A DNA stretch of 32,000 nt from Chloroflexota bacterium (GTDB lineage Bacteria > Chloroflexota > UBA6077 > JAJPHF01). The notes beneath the pieces are model-generated. The model was not told where the DNA came from, did no database searches, and was given only the letters and a program-made list of their open reading frames with translations. Below, piece after piece: positions 19,894 to 27,185 of the stretch; position 1 is the stretch's first letter, and the number at the start of each line of letters is the position of its first letter. The position numbers were made by a program, and so were the translations under genes. The stretch is taken from NCBI GenBank assembly GCA_019686175.1, contig JADGHJ010000003.1, positions 1-32,000 of the forward strand. Reading direction: 5' to 3'.

Positions 19894-21278
19894 TGCTACG
19901 CTTGTCCAACACGCTCACAGGGCGCAAGGAGCCGTTCGTGCCGCTGGGCGACGAGGTCAAGTACTACGTCTGCGGCATGACGCCCAAGTTCCACCCCCAT
20001 GTGGGCCACGCGCGGCTGTTCGTGGCCGCGGACATCGTGCGCCGCTACTTGGAGTATCGTGGGTACCGCGTGCGCCACGTGCAGAACTTCACCGACATCG
20101 ACGACAAGATCATTGAGCGGGCCCGCCTGGAAGGCCGCAGCCCCGAGGAGGTCGCCCGCGCCTACACCGAGTCGTACTTCGCGGTGATGGACGCGCTGAA
20201 CGTCCAGCGCGCGCACGTCTATCCCACGGTGACGAGCACGATGCCCGCGATCATCGCCTTCGTGCAGGGCCTGATCGAGCGCGGCTACGCCTACGTGAGC
20301 GATGGCGACGTGTGGTTCAGCGTGGCGCGCTTCCCGGGCTACGGTCAGCTCTCGCACCGGGCCGAGGCACTGGAAGAGGGACTGGTGGGCGCGCGCAAGG
20401 AACTGGAGCCTGGCAAGCGCGACCCACGCGACTTCGCGCTCTGGAAGCGGGCGAAGGCCGGCGAGCCGGCGTGGGACAGTCCCTGGGGACCGGGCCGCCC
20501 CGGCTGGCACATCGAGTGCTCGACCATGGTGCGCGAGACGCTGGGCGACACGATCGACCTCCACGGCGGCGGCTGGGACCTGGTGTTTCCACACCACGAG
20601 AACGAGCGCGCCCAGAGCGAGGCGTTGCTCGGCGTGCCGTTCGTCCGCTACTGGGTCCACGTCGGCCTAGTGCTCACCGACGGCGAGAAGATGGCCCACT
20701 CGCTGGGCAACTTCCGCACCGTGCAGGACATTCTCGCGCACCACGACCCGATGGCCCTGCGGCTGTACCTGCTCCAGACACACTACCGCGTGCCGCTCAC
20801 CTTCAACGAGGAAGCGCTAGCCAGCGCCGGCCGCGGCCTGCGGCGGCTGCGCCAGGCCCTGTCGCCCCTGCCCGGCGAGCCCGCGCCGCCCGCGGAGCCG
20901 CCGGGCTTCGTGCGCGAGGCGCGCCAGCGCTTCGAGCAGGCGATGGACGACGACTTGAATACGGCCGGCGCGCTGGCCGTGCTGTTCGACTTGGCCAGCG
21001 CCATCAACGCGCGGCGCGCGCCGGCCCCCGCCGAGGCAGCGGCCGGACAAAGCGAGCTGCGCGATCTCGCCGGCGTGCTGGGGCTCGACCTGACGCGGGG
21101 CCCCGCCGAGCGGGACGCCCACGCCGCCGAGCCGTTCATCGAGCTGCTCCTCGCCGTGCGGCAAGAGCTGCGCAGCGCCAAGCAGTGGGCCCTGGCCGAC
21201 CGCATCCGCGAGGGACTGCGCGAGCTGGGCGTGATCGTCGAGGACAGCCCGCAGGGCTCCACCTACCGCTTCGAGTAG
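19893..21278 (+). CDS. cysS: Cysteine--tRNA ligase
   Basis: HVGHAR (HIGH-type) motif, KMAHSLGN (KMSKS-type) motif, and WHIECS zinc site. ATG 19893 overlaps the cysE TGA (TGATG). The track start TTG 19890 is one codon earlier. Confidence 0.95.
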   Translation: MLRLSNTLTGRKEPFVPLGDEVKYYVCGMTPKFHPHVGHARLFVAADIVRRYLEYRGYRVRHVQNFTDIDDKIIERARLEGRSPEEVARAYTESYFAVMDALNVQRAHVYPTVTSTMPAIIAFVQGLIERGYAYVSDGDVWFSVARFPGYGQLSHRAEALEEGLVGARKELEPGKRDPRDFALWKRAKAGEPAWDSPWGPGRPGWHIECSTMVRETLGDTIDLHGGGWDLVFPHHENERAQSEALLGVPFVRYWVHVGLVLTDGEKMAHSLGNFRTVQDILAHHDPMALRLYLLQTHYRVPLTFNEEALASAGRGLRRLRQALSPLPGEPAPPAEPPGFVREARQRFEQAMDDDLNTAGALAVLFDLASAINARRAPAPAEAAAGQSELRDLAGVLGLDLTRGPAERDAHAAEPFIELLLAVRQELRSAKQWALADRIREGLRELGVIVEDSPQGSTYRFE

Positions 21279-21281
21279 CGC

Positions 21282-22040
21282 GTGAGCGAGACCGTCGTCG
21301 GCAAGCAGCCGGTGCGGGAGCTGCTGCGCGCCGGCCGGCGCGTGCGCCGCATCCTTGTGGCCAGCGGCGCGCGCGAGAGTCCGAACCTGCGCGAGATCAC
21401 GGAGCTGGCCGCCCGCCGGCGCGTGCCCGTGCAGTACGTCGAGCGGGCGCTGCTCGACCGCCTCGCCGACCACCACCAGGGCATCGCCGCCGAGACCGAC
21501 CCGTACCCCTACGCGGAGTTCGGGACACTGCTCGCCGCCGCCCCCGCCGCCGGCCCACCGCCCCTGTACCTGGCGCTGGACCTCGTGCAGGACCCGCAGA
21601 ACTTCGGCACCCTGCTGCGCACGGCCGCGGCGGTGGGGGTCAGCGGCGTGCTGCTGCCCGAGCACCGCGCGGTTGGCGTGACCCCGGCCGTGCGGCGCGC
21701 GTCCGCTGGGGCCGTGGAGCACCTCCGCATCGCCCGCGTGACCAACCTGGCGCGCGCACTGGGCCAGCTCAAGGAGGCCGGCGTCTGGGTCGTTGGGCTG
21801 GAAGCCGAGGCGCCGCAGGCGTACGATGCGCTCGACCCCAGCGGGCCACTGGCGATCGTGGTGGGCAGCGAGGAGCAGGGGCTCCGGCGGCTGGTGCGCG
21901 AGGCGTGCGACTTCCTGGTGGCGCTGCCGATGGAGCCGGTGATCGATTCGCTGAACGCCGCGGTCGCCGGCTCGATCGTGCTGTACAGCTACTACCGCCA
22001 GCGCCAGCGCGCGGCCGGAGCGGAGAGCGCGACCCGATGA
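21282..22040 (+). CDS. rlmB: SpoU/TrmH-family 23S rRNA 2'-O-methyltransferase (RlmB-like)
   Basis: N-terminal substrate-binding domain, then SpoU motifs (LDLVQDPQNFGTLLRTA; IVVGSEEQGLRRLV; PMEPVIDSLNAAVAGSIVLY). It sits in the conserved position after cysS. Confidence 0.85.
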   Translation: MSETVVGKQPVRELLRAGRRVRRILVASGARESPNLREITELAARRRVPVQYVERALLDRLADHHQGIAAETDPYPYAEFGTLLAAAPAAGPPPLYLALDLVQDPQNFGTLLRTAAAVGVSGVLLPEHRAVGVTPAVRRASAGAVEHLRIARVTNLARALGQLKEAGVWVVGLEAEAPQAYDALDPSGPLAIVVGSEEQGLRRLVREACDFLVALPMEPVIDSLNAAVAGSIVLYSYYRQRQRAAGAESATR

Positions 22041-22061
22041 GCAGAGCGGCCCCTCCCCGCC

Positions 22062-24398
22062 TCACTCGAACAGCGAGGGCTGGTGGGCGGCCGGGGCGGC
22101 ACGCGCCTCCTCCTGCGGGTCGGCGAACAGGGTCTTGAGCTGCTCGGGGCCCAGCGCGGCGGCCAACCGCTGCGCGTAGGTCGTGCGCAGCTTCTTCACG
22201 TACGCTTCGGGATCGTAATCGTTGGCGAACAGCTCGGCCGGCTTCTTCTTGCCGCCCACCGCCTGGTAGTAGCGCACCCGCTCGCCCGGCTTCCAGGTGG
22301 TACGTCCTGCCGCCAGCAGCACCTCATACGCCTCCTCGCGCCGCTTGGCCGCCTGATATTGCGCCGGGGTCTTGGTGAGCGGCATGCTCACGCACAGGTC
22401 GTCGACCGGCACCTCGCGGCGGCGCAGGCGGTCGACCAGGCCCAGATAGAGCCGGCGCAGGCCGTCGAGGTCGTCCGCCAGAATGCACTCGATCGCCTGC
22501 TGCAGGAACCGCTCGCCGTACGGCTCGTTGCGGCTGGAGCGGAAGGACGCGCCGACGGTGCGCAGGCGGCCGTCGTAGCCACGCAGCACATAGTTCTTCG
22601 CCGCATGGCTGTACATCCGCTCCCAGCGCCCGTCGTACTCCACCTGGATCCCCGCCGGCAGTTCGGCCGCCACCTCCGCCACAAGCTGCCGCTCCTGCTC
22701 CTCCGTCCAGTCCGCGGGCACGCTGAACAGCACACCATCGGTGTCGGCCTCGATGAGCGTCACCCCGCGCCGCTCCAGCGCCTCGAGCATCTGCTTCAGG
22801 ATCTCGCGGCCGCGGCGCGTGACCTCGGCCGCGGCCTCGAGGTCGCCGAACAGCGCAAAGCTGGTGCCCATCGCGCCGTAGAAGGAGTTGATGAGCACCT
22901 TCATAGCGGCCTGCACCGCCTCGTGGTGGGCGCGCGTGGCGGTGGCCGCCGCTCCGGCCGTGGCGAGCCGGCGCGCCTCCGCCTTGTGGTGCAGCCGGAG
23001 CCGGGTCAACTCGCGCAGCAGCTCGAGGAACACCCCCAGCCGGTCGCTGCGCGGCTGGATGCGGTAGGTGAGCATGATACTCGGGTACAGCGACGCGACG
23101 TCGGCCTTGACGATGTGGCGCAGGACGCCCGTGCGGAACAGCTCGGTGTGCGCGCCCTCATAGGTACCGCCGACGCCCGGCGCGCGCGGCAGAGAGTGGC
23201 CCGCGGTCACGTAGGCGCGCACCAAGAGGGGCTCGATCAGCCCCTGGCCGGTGCCGGCCGTGGCCACGCGCTCGAACGGCCGCGGCACCATCGCCGCCAG
23301 CGCGAACGACGGAGCGAGCAGGAGCTGCGAGAGGCGGTCCACCTCGCGCACGTCGTCGAGCGCGTAGCGGCGCACTCGCGCTGGGTCGCGCTGGTACTCG
23401 GGCCAGATCGCGGCGCCGTCGAGGTACTCGCGCGTCTCCCCTGCGAAGCCGAAATGCCGCGCTGCCTCCTTCAGGCCATGGCTACGGAGGTCGCGCACGA
23501 TCGCCCCGTAGCGGCGCACGGCGTGCAGCGTGTCCACCAGCTCGCGGCCGGCCAGGCACCAGCGCGTGAAGCGTTCGCTCTTCTCCCCGACCTTGAGCGT
23601 GTCCTCATAGCGGGTGAACTCGCTGCCGTCGCGCCCCAGCGGCAGCGGTACCCCGAGCCGTCGGGCCCGCTCGACCAAGAACGGCACGTCGAAGTCGAAC
23701 AGGTTGTGGTTCTCGATGACGTCCGGGTCGTGTTCGCGGACCAACTCCACGAAGCGGTGGAGCAGCGCCGGCTCGTCGCCGAGGTCGGCGATGTCGAGCA
23801 CTTGCTCCCAGCCGTCGCTGCTGCGAACCGCGATCATGAAGATCTGGTCGCGGTAGCGGTTGAGGCCGGTGGTCTCGAGGTCGAATTGCAGGCGGCGCAG
23901 ATGGTGGTAGCCGAGCCCCTTGTAGTAGGTGCGCCCGGTGCCGATCAGGTACTGCTCGACGGCCGAGCGCGCGTACACCACGTCGCGCAGGTCGTAGAGG
24001 CTCCGGGCCTGCTGCCCTGTGCGCGCGTTGTGGGCCTCGACCACCGCCTGCTCGACGGCGGCCAGGCCGTAGCCGAGCACAAGGTAGCGGTAGTGTAGGT
24101 CGCCAGCGAGGGCGACGAGGCCCACCTCGCCGGGACCGAGCGCGCGGGCGGCGTCGAGGTCGCCGGGCGGCAGCGGCACGCAGGGGTGCGCGCCCAGCAG
24201 CGTGGCGTCCGCGAGCAGGAACCAGTTGGGGAAGCGGTCCTCCTCGCAGACCACGCCGCCGTCCACGCGCCGCCAGACTTGTACACGGCCGTCGCGGCCC
24301 GCCGCGACCGAGACAATCCCCGGGGTCGGGTCGCGCCCGTACAGGAGCGCGTGGGCAGCCTGCTCGATGGCCGAGGCGAGGTCGGGAGATGCGTGCAT
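22062..24398 (-). CDS. polB: Family B DNA polymerase (bacterial Pol II-like) with intact 3'-5' exonuclease motifs
   Basis: Exo I FDLETTG, Exo II NHNLFDFDVPFL, and Exo III YALDDV. Pol motif A DVASLYPS, motif B KVLINSFYG, and motif C EADTDGV. The C-terminus ...HQPSLFE resembles a beta-clamp-binding motif. Start is ATG 24398; the track's GTG 24443 lies upstream of a TATACT -10. Confidence 0.9.
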   Translation of the reverse strand: MHASPDLASAIEQAAHALLYGRDPTPGIVSVAAGRDGRVQVWRRVDGGVVCEEDRFPNWFLLADATLLGAHPCVPLPPGDLDAARALGPGEVGLVALAGDLHYRYLVLGYGLAAVEQAVVEAHNARTGQQARSLYDLRDVVYARSAVEQYLIGTGRTYYKGLGYHHLRRLQFDLETTGLNRYRDQIFMIAVRSSDGWEQVLDIADLGDEPALLHRFVELVREHDPDVIENHNLFDFDVPFLVERARRLGVPLPLGRDGSEFTRYEDTLKVGEKSERFTRWCLAGRELVDTLHAVRRYGAIVRDLRSHGLKEAARHFGFAGETREYLDGAAIWPEYQRDPARVRRYALDDVREVDRLSQLLLAPSFALAAMVPRPFERVATAGTGQGLIEPLLVRAYVTAGHSLPRAPGVGGTYEGAHTELFRTGVLRHIVKADVASLYPSIMLTYRIQPRSDRLGVFLELLRELTRLRLHHKAEARRLATAGAAATATRAHHEAVQAAMKVLINSFYGAMGTSFALFGDLEAAAEVTRRGREILKQMLEALERRGVTLIEADTDGVLFSVPADWTEEQERQLVAEVAAELPAGIQVEYDGRWERMYSHAAKNYVLRGYDGRLRTVGASFRSSRNEPYGERFLQQAIECILADDLDGLRRLYLGLVDRLRRREVPVDDLCVSMPLTKTPAQYQAAKRREEAYEVLLAAGRTTWKPGERVRYYQAVGGKKKPAELFANDYDPEAYVKKLRTTYAQRLAAALGPEQLKTLFADPQEEARAAPAAHQPSLFE

Positions 24399-24431
24399 GC
24401 GCTGGTGCTCCGGCGCCGTGGTGGCGACCAG

Positions 24432-24437
24432 AGTATA
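24432..24437 (-). promoter_or_regulatory. Candidate -10 (TATACT on the minus strand) for polB
   Basis: An AT-rich hexamer between the ADH stop (24472) and polB ATG 24398. The -35 is weak. Confidence 0.35.
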
Positions 24438-24471
24438 GCGCACGCGAGCGCGCCCCTCGCTCGTTGAGCGC

Positions 24472-25566
24472 TCAGAGCCGCAGGACAGGTTTGATCGTAC
24501 GGCCCTGCTCGGAGTCCGCGGCGGCGGCGTTGATCTCGGCGAACGGGTAGGGGCGGATCAGGCGATCGAACGGGAAGCGGCCTTCCAGGTACAGCTCGAT
24601 CAGCCGCGGGATGAAGATGTCGGGGATGCTCTCCCCCTCGACGAGGCCGCGCACCGTGCGCCCCAGCAGCAGGTTGGTCATGTCGAGGCTCGCCTCGACA
24701 CCCACGGGAGCGGCACCGACCAGCCCGCATACACCTGTGGGGACCAAGCAATCGACTGCCTGGCGCAGCACCTGCGGGATGCCGGCCATCTCCAGCGAGT
24801 AGAGCGCGCCGCCGTCGGTGAGGCGCCGGATCTCGGCCACGGGGTCCACCTCGTTGGGGTTGATCGTGTGCGTGGCGCCCAGTTCGCGGGCCAGCGCCAG
24901 GCGCTCGGGCTTGGGGTCCACGGCGATGATCGGCGTGCAGCCGACCGCCCGTGCGGCCAGCACGGCGCTGAGCCCCACCGCGCCCGCCCCGAAGATGGCG
25001 ATGCTGCTGCCCGCCTCGGGCCGCAACCCGTTCATCACCGAGCCGGCGCCGGTCTGCACGCCGCAGCCCAGCGGCCCCAATAGCTCCAGTGGTACGTCGG
25101 AGCGCACCCGCACCACGTTGCGCTCGGACGCCAGCGCGTGGGTGGCGAACGACGACTGCCCGAAGAACGCTCCGTGGACGCCCGCCCCGTTCTGGCGCAT
25201 GGTCAGCGAGCCATCGGCCCGCTTGCCACCGAAGTTGAGGTCGAACAGCCGGTAGCAGTACATCGGGTGGCCGCGCAGGCAGTTGAAGCACGTGCCACAG
25301 GAGAGATAGGTGAGCACCACCGGATCGCCCGGCCGCACCTTGGTGACCGCTGTCCCCACCTGCTCGACGATGCCGGCTCCCTCGTGACCGCAGACTAGCG
25401 GGAACGGCACCGGATAGAGCTGGTCGCGCGCCACGAGGTCGGTGTGACACATGCCCGCGGCCACGATGCGCACGAGGATCTCGTGCTCGCGCGGCGCGTC
25501 GAGCTCGACCTCCTCGATGCGGAACGGCTGCCCCTTCGCCCGCACCACGGCTGCCGTGATCTTCAT
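24472..25566 (-). CDS. Zinc-dependent alcohol dehydrogenase (MDR family, aryl/benzyl-alcohol dehydrogenase-like)
   Basis: Catalytic Zn motif [12 protein letters not shown], structural Zn [15 protein letters not shown], and Rossmann [10 protein letters not shown]. Start set to ATG 25566 (MKITAAVV), with GGTGAGGAG directly upstream. Confidence 0.9.
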   Translation of the reverse strand: MKITAAVVRAKGQPFRIEEVELDAPREHEILVRIVAAGMCHTDLVARDQLYPVPFPLVCGHEGAGIVEQVGTAVTKVRPGDPVVLTYLSCGTCFNCLRGHPMYCYRLFDLNFGGKRADGSLTMRQNGAGVHGAFFGQSSFATHALASERNVVRVRSDVPLELLGPLGCGVQTGAGSVMNGLRPEAGSSIAIFGAGAVGLSAVLAARAVGCTPIIAVDPKPERLALARELGATHTINPNEVDPVAEIRRLTDGGALYSLEMAGIPQVLRQAVDCLVPTGVCGLVGAAPVGVEASLDMTNLLLGRTVRGLVEGESIPDIFIPRLIELYLEGRFPFDRLIRPYPFAEINAAAADSEQGRTIKPVLRL

Positions 25567-25674
25567 CTCCTCACCCCCAGCAATGGTGGCGGCTGCCTCC
25601 GCCAGCAATAGCCCCCGCCGTTTCGTGGAAAGGAGGACGCACTACCGTCTTCCGGCTGCCCCTGCGTGTCCGTC

Positions 25675-25680
25675 ATCATA
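25675..25680 (-). promoter_or_regulatory. Candidate -10 (TATGAT on the minus strand) for the ADH gene
   Basis: GCGCTATGAT lies about 110 nt upstream of ATG 25566, implying a long structured leader. Confidence 0.35.
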
Positions 25681-25743
25681 GCGCAGGGCTGGGGGAAGTG
25701 GGGCCGAGCCCGTCGCATCGCTGAGCGGCCAGCGCGCGCCGCG

Positions 25744-26451
25744 TCAGGCCGGTGGGCTGCTCGCCCGGTACGCTGGGTAGTCGCGCTCCGTGATCGTGCC
25801 CGGCTCCAGCGGCGTGCCCAGTAGCTCCAGCGCGTCGCGCAACACCGCACGCTGCACGTCGTCCTGGAACGGGCGGCCCAGCACGTGGCCGATGGCGAAG
25901 CCGGCCGGGTAGAGCGCGCGCGGTGGGCCGGCTTGCGCCGAGGCCTCCGGGCTCACCGTGATCAACACCGTCGGGAGGCCTCGCATCTCGATCTCGCGTT
26001 GGATCGCAACGACCGTGCGATGGCAGATGTGCGGTCAGCCCGCGGTGAGCACCACTGCGTCCGCCTTCGAGCGTTCCAACCGGTCGGCGATGGCCGGGGC
26101 CGTCTCCTCGTACACCTCACGCAGGCGCGGGGACGTACCCATGTAGCCGACATGATAGTTGCTCACCGCCGCGATAACGCCTGCGTCCGCGAGCTCGCGC
26201 AGGCGCGCCAAAGGAAACACGCAATTGATGTCGCGGTCGGCGTCGGTATGGTCGTAGTGGGGATGGGTAATCATGAGGTCGGCCAGCGGGGTATCGCCAG
26301 GAATGACGCGAAACTCCTTCTCGCCCTCCGGCCGGAACGGCGGCTGATCCCGCAGGTGGACCCCTGCTGTGGTGACAAGGGCCACGGTGGTCTCACTCAG
26401 CGGCCGGCGGTTTGGCGTGTAGGGAATGCAGCGACGGGAGATCTGCGGCAT
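25744..26451 (-). CDS. Short glycine/sarcosine/betaine/D-proline reductase component-B (GrdB/PrdB) family protein, predicted selenoprotein (in-frame TGA at 26037..26035)
   Basis: Track ORFs 26035..26451 and 25744..25986 are in the same frame, with no other stop between them. Joined, they read ...RSKADAVVLTAG-U-PHICHRTVVAIQREIEMRGLPTVLITV... (235 aa). GGAGAGGA SD precedes ATG 26451. A hairpin lies downstream of the TGA. Confidence 0.8.
26003..26021 (-). promoter_or_regulatory. Candidate bacterial SECIS hairpin for the GrdB-family gene
   Basis: On the mRNA: UGA, 13 nt, then AUCGCA-CGGUCGU-UGCGAU (perfect 6-bp stem, 7-nt loop containing GGUC). Confidence 0.5.
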
Positions 26452-26495
26452 CGCGAGTCCTCTCCGAAGCGCTATGGTGTGAGCGTGCGCGCGAT

Positions 26496-26526
26496 GGGCG
26501 GGGGTAGCCTCAGAGCACCCCCGCCC
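26496..26526 (-). other. Intercistronic GC hairpin between the two selenoprotein genes
   Basis: Perfect 9-bp stem GGGCGGGGG / CCCCCGCCC with a 13-nt loop, starting 5 nt after the peroxiredoxin TAG. No U-tract follows. Confidence 0.4.
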
Positions 26527-26531
26527 GTTCT

Positions 26532-27038
26532 CTAATCGAGTTTGCGGAGCACGTCGAACACAAGCTCGGGATCGGGCTGCTCGGTGATCTCGTGCACGTC
26601 GATGTAAGCGATCTTGCCCTGCCGGTCGATCACGAACATCGCCCGCTCAGCGATGCCCTTGTCCTCGATCAAGACCCCGTAACGGCGAGCCACCTCGCCA
26701 TGGGGCCAGAAGTCACACAGCAGGGGATAGGTGATGCCACCGAGGGAATCGGCCCACGCTTTGTTGCTGAAGGTGCTGTCGACGCTGATGCCCACGACCT
26801 GGGCATTCATGCCCTCGAAGCGCGCCTTGAGCGCCTCGTATTCGGGCATCTGCACGCTTCAGACAGGCGTCCAGGCTACGGGGTAGAACGCGAGCACCAC
26901 GTGCTTCTGGCCACGCAGCGCGCTGAGCCGGAACGTGTCGCCGAGATGGGTCGGCAGCTCGAAGTCCGGCGCCTCGTCCCCGACCTGGAGAGTAGGCGTC
27001 CGGTTGGCCTTCGAGTGCGTGCCCTTCTGGACCGCCAT
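26532..27038 (-). CDS. Peroxiredoxin (AhpC/TSA-Bcp-like), predicted selenoprotein with Sec at the peroxidatic position (in-frame TGA at 26861..26859)
   Basis: Manual translation from ATG 27038 (GGAGGAG 10 nt upstream) gives [88 protein letters not shown]...FVIDRQGKI... (168 aa). The track shows only the 107 aa after the TGA. Confidence 0.85.
26816..26838 (-). promoter_or_regulatory. Candidate bacterial SECIS hairpin for the peroxiredoxin gene
   Basis: On the mRNA: UGA, 20 nt, then CGAGGCGC-UCAAGGC-GCGCUUCG (8-bp stem including one G-U pair, 7-nt loop with GG). Confidence 0.5.
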
Positions 27039-27118
27039 CGTTCAGCTTCTCCTCCGATCAAAACTCGGGCTCGCTGATGCCCCGCAGGTACGGGAGCACC
27101 GTGCACCCACCCCACTGT

Positions 27119-27148
27119 ATCATATCGGACTCAATCTAAGATTGAGTC
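27119..27148 (-). promoter_or_regulatory. Candidate peroxiredoxin promoter: -10 TATGAT (27124..27119) abutted by a perfect 9-3-9 palindrome (27128..27148)
   Basis: GACTCAATC-TAA-GATTGAGTC lies in an AT-rich island, 3 nt upstream of a TATGAT hexamer and about 90 nt upstream of ATG 27038. Confidence 0.45.
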
Positions 27149-27185
27149 TTGCCTTATCAGCGGTATCAGCCGCTCCCGTCACGTG

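Noticed and set aside
20312-22138. A 608-aa plus-strand ORF spanning cysS, rlmB and the polB 3' end in another frame
   Set aside because: It is out of frame with cysS and rlmB, which have clear catalytic motifs. The product is Arg/Pro/Gly/Ala-rich.
22083-24098. A 671-aa plus-strand ORF antisense to polB
   Set aside because: polB on the minus strand carries every family-B motif. The plus-strand product is low-complexity (Arg/Ala/Gly/Leu/His) with no domain signature.
24399-24443. GTG 24443 as the polB start
   Set aside because: A TATACT -10 candidate (24437..24432) lies inside this extension. ATG 24398 has a GGAG about 9 nt upstream. The call is uncertain, and either start leaves the polymerase call unchanged.
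23945-25450. A 501-aa minus-strand ORF bridging polB and the ADH gene
   Set aside because: It is an alternative frame of two well-supported genes, crosses their intergenic promoter region, and has an Arg/Gly/Pro-rich composition.
22062-25608. polB as the core of a casposon, pipolin or other self-replicating mobile element
   Set aside because: The window shows no Cas1, integrase, recombinase, terminal inverted repeats, direct-repeat att sites or adjacent tRNA gene. The C-terminal clamp-binding-like tail suggests host integration.
25885-26535. A 216-aa plus-strand ORF antisense to the GrdB-like gene
   Set aside because: The minus-strand frame has family-like sequence, an SD and a start, and continues in frame across the TGA. 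The plus-strand ORF has none of these.
25744-27038. The two in-frame TGAs read as pseudogene lesions or as genuine stops separating four small genes
   Set aside because: - Both TGAs fall at the catalytic Cys/Sec position of their families.
- The frames stay open with conserved-looking sequence on both sides.
- Only the upstream halves have SD and start signals.
- Both TGAs are followed by stem-loops.
- Two independent nonsense mutations at active-site Cys codons in adjacent genes is far less likely than Sec decoding.
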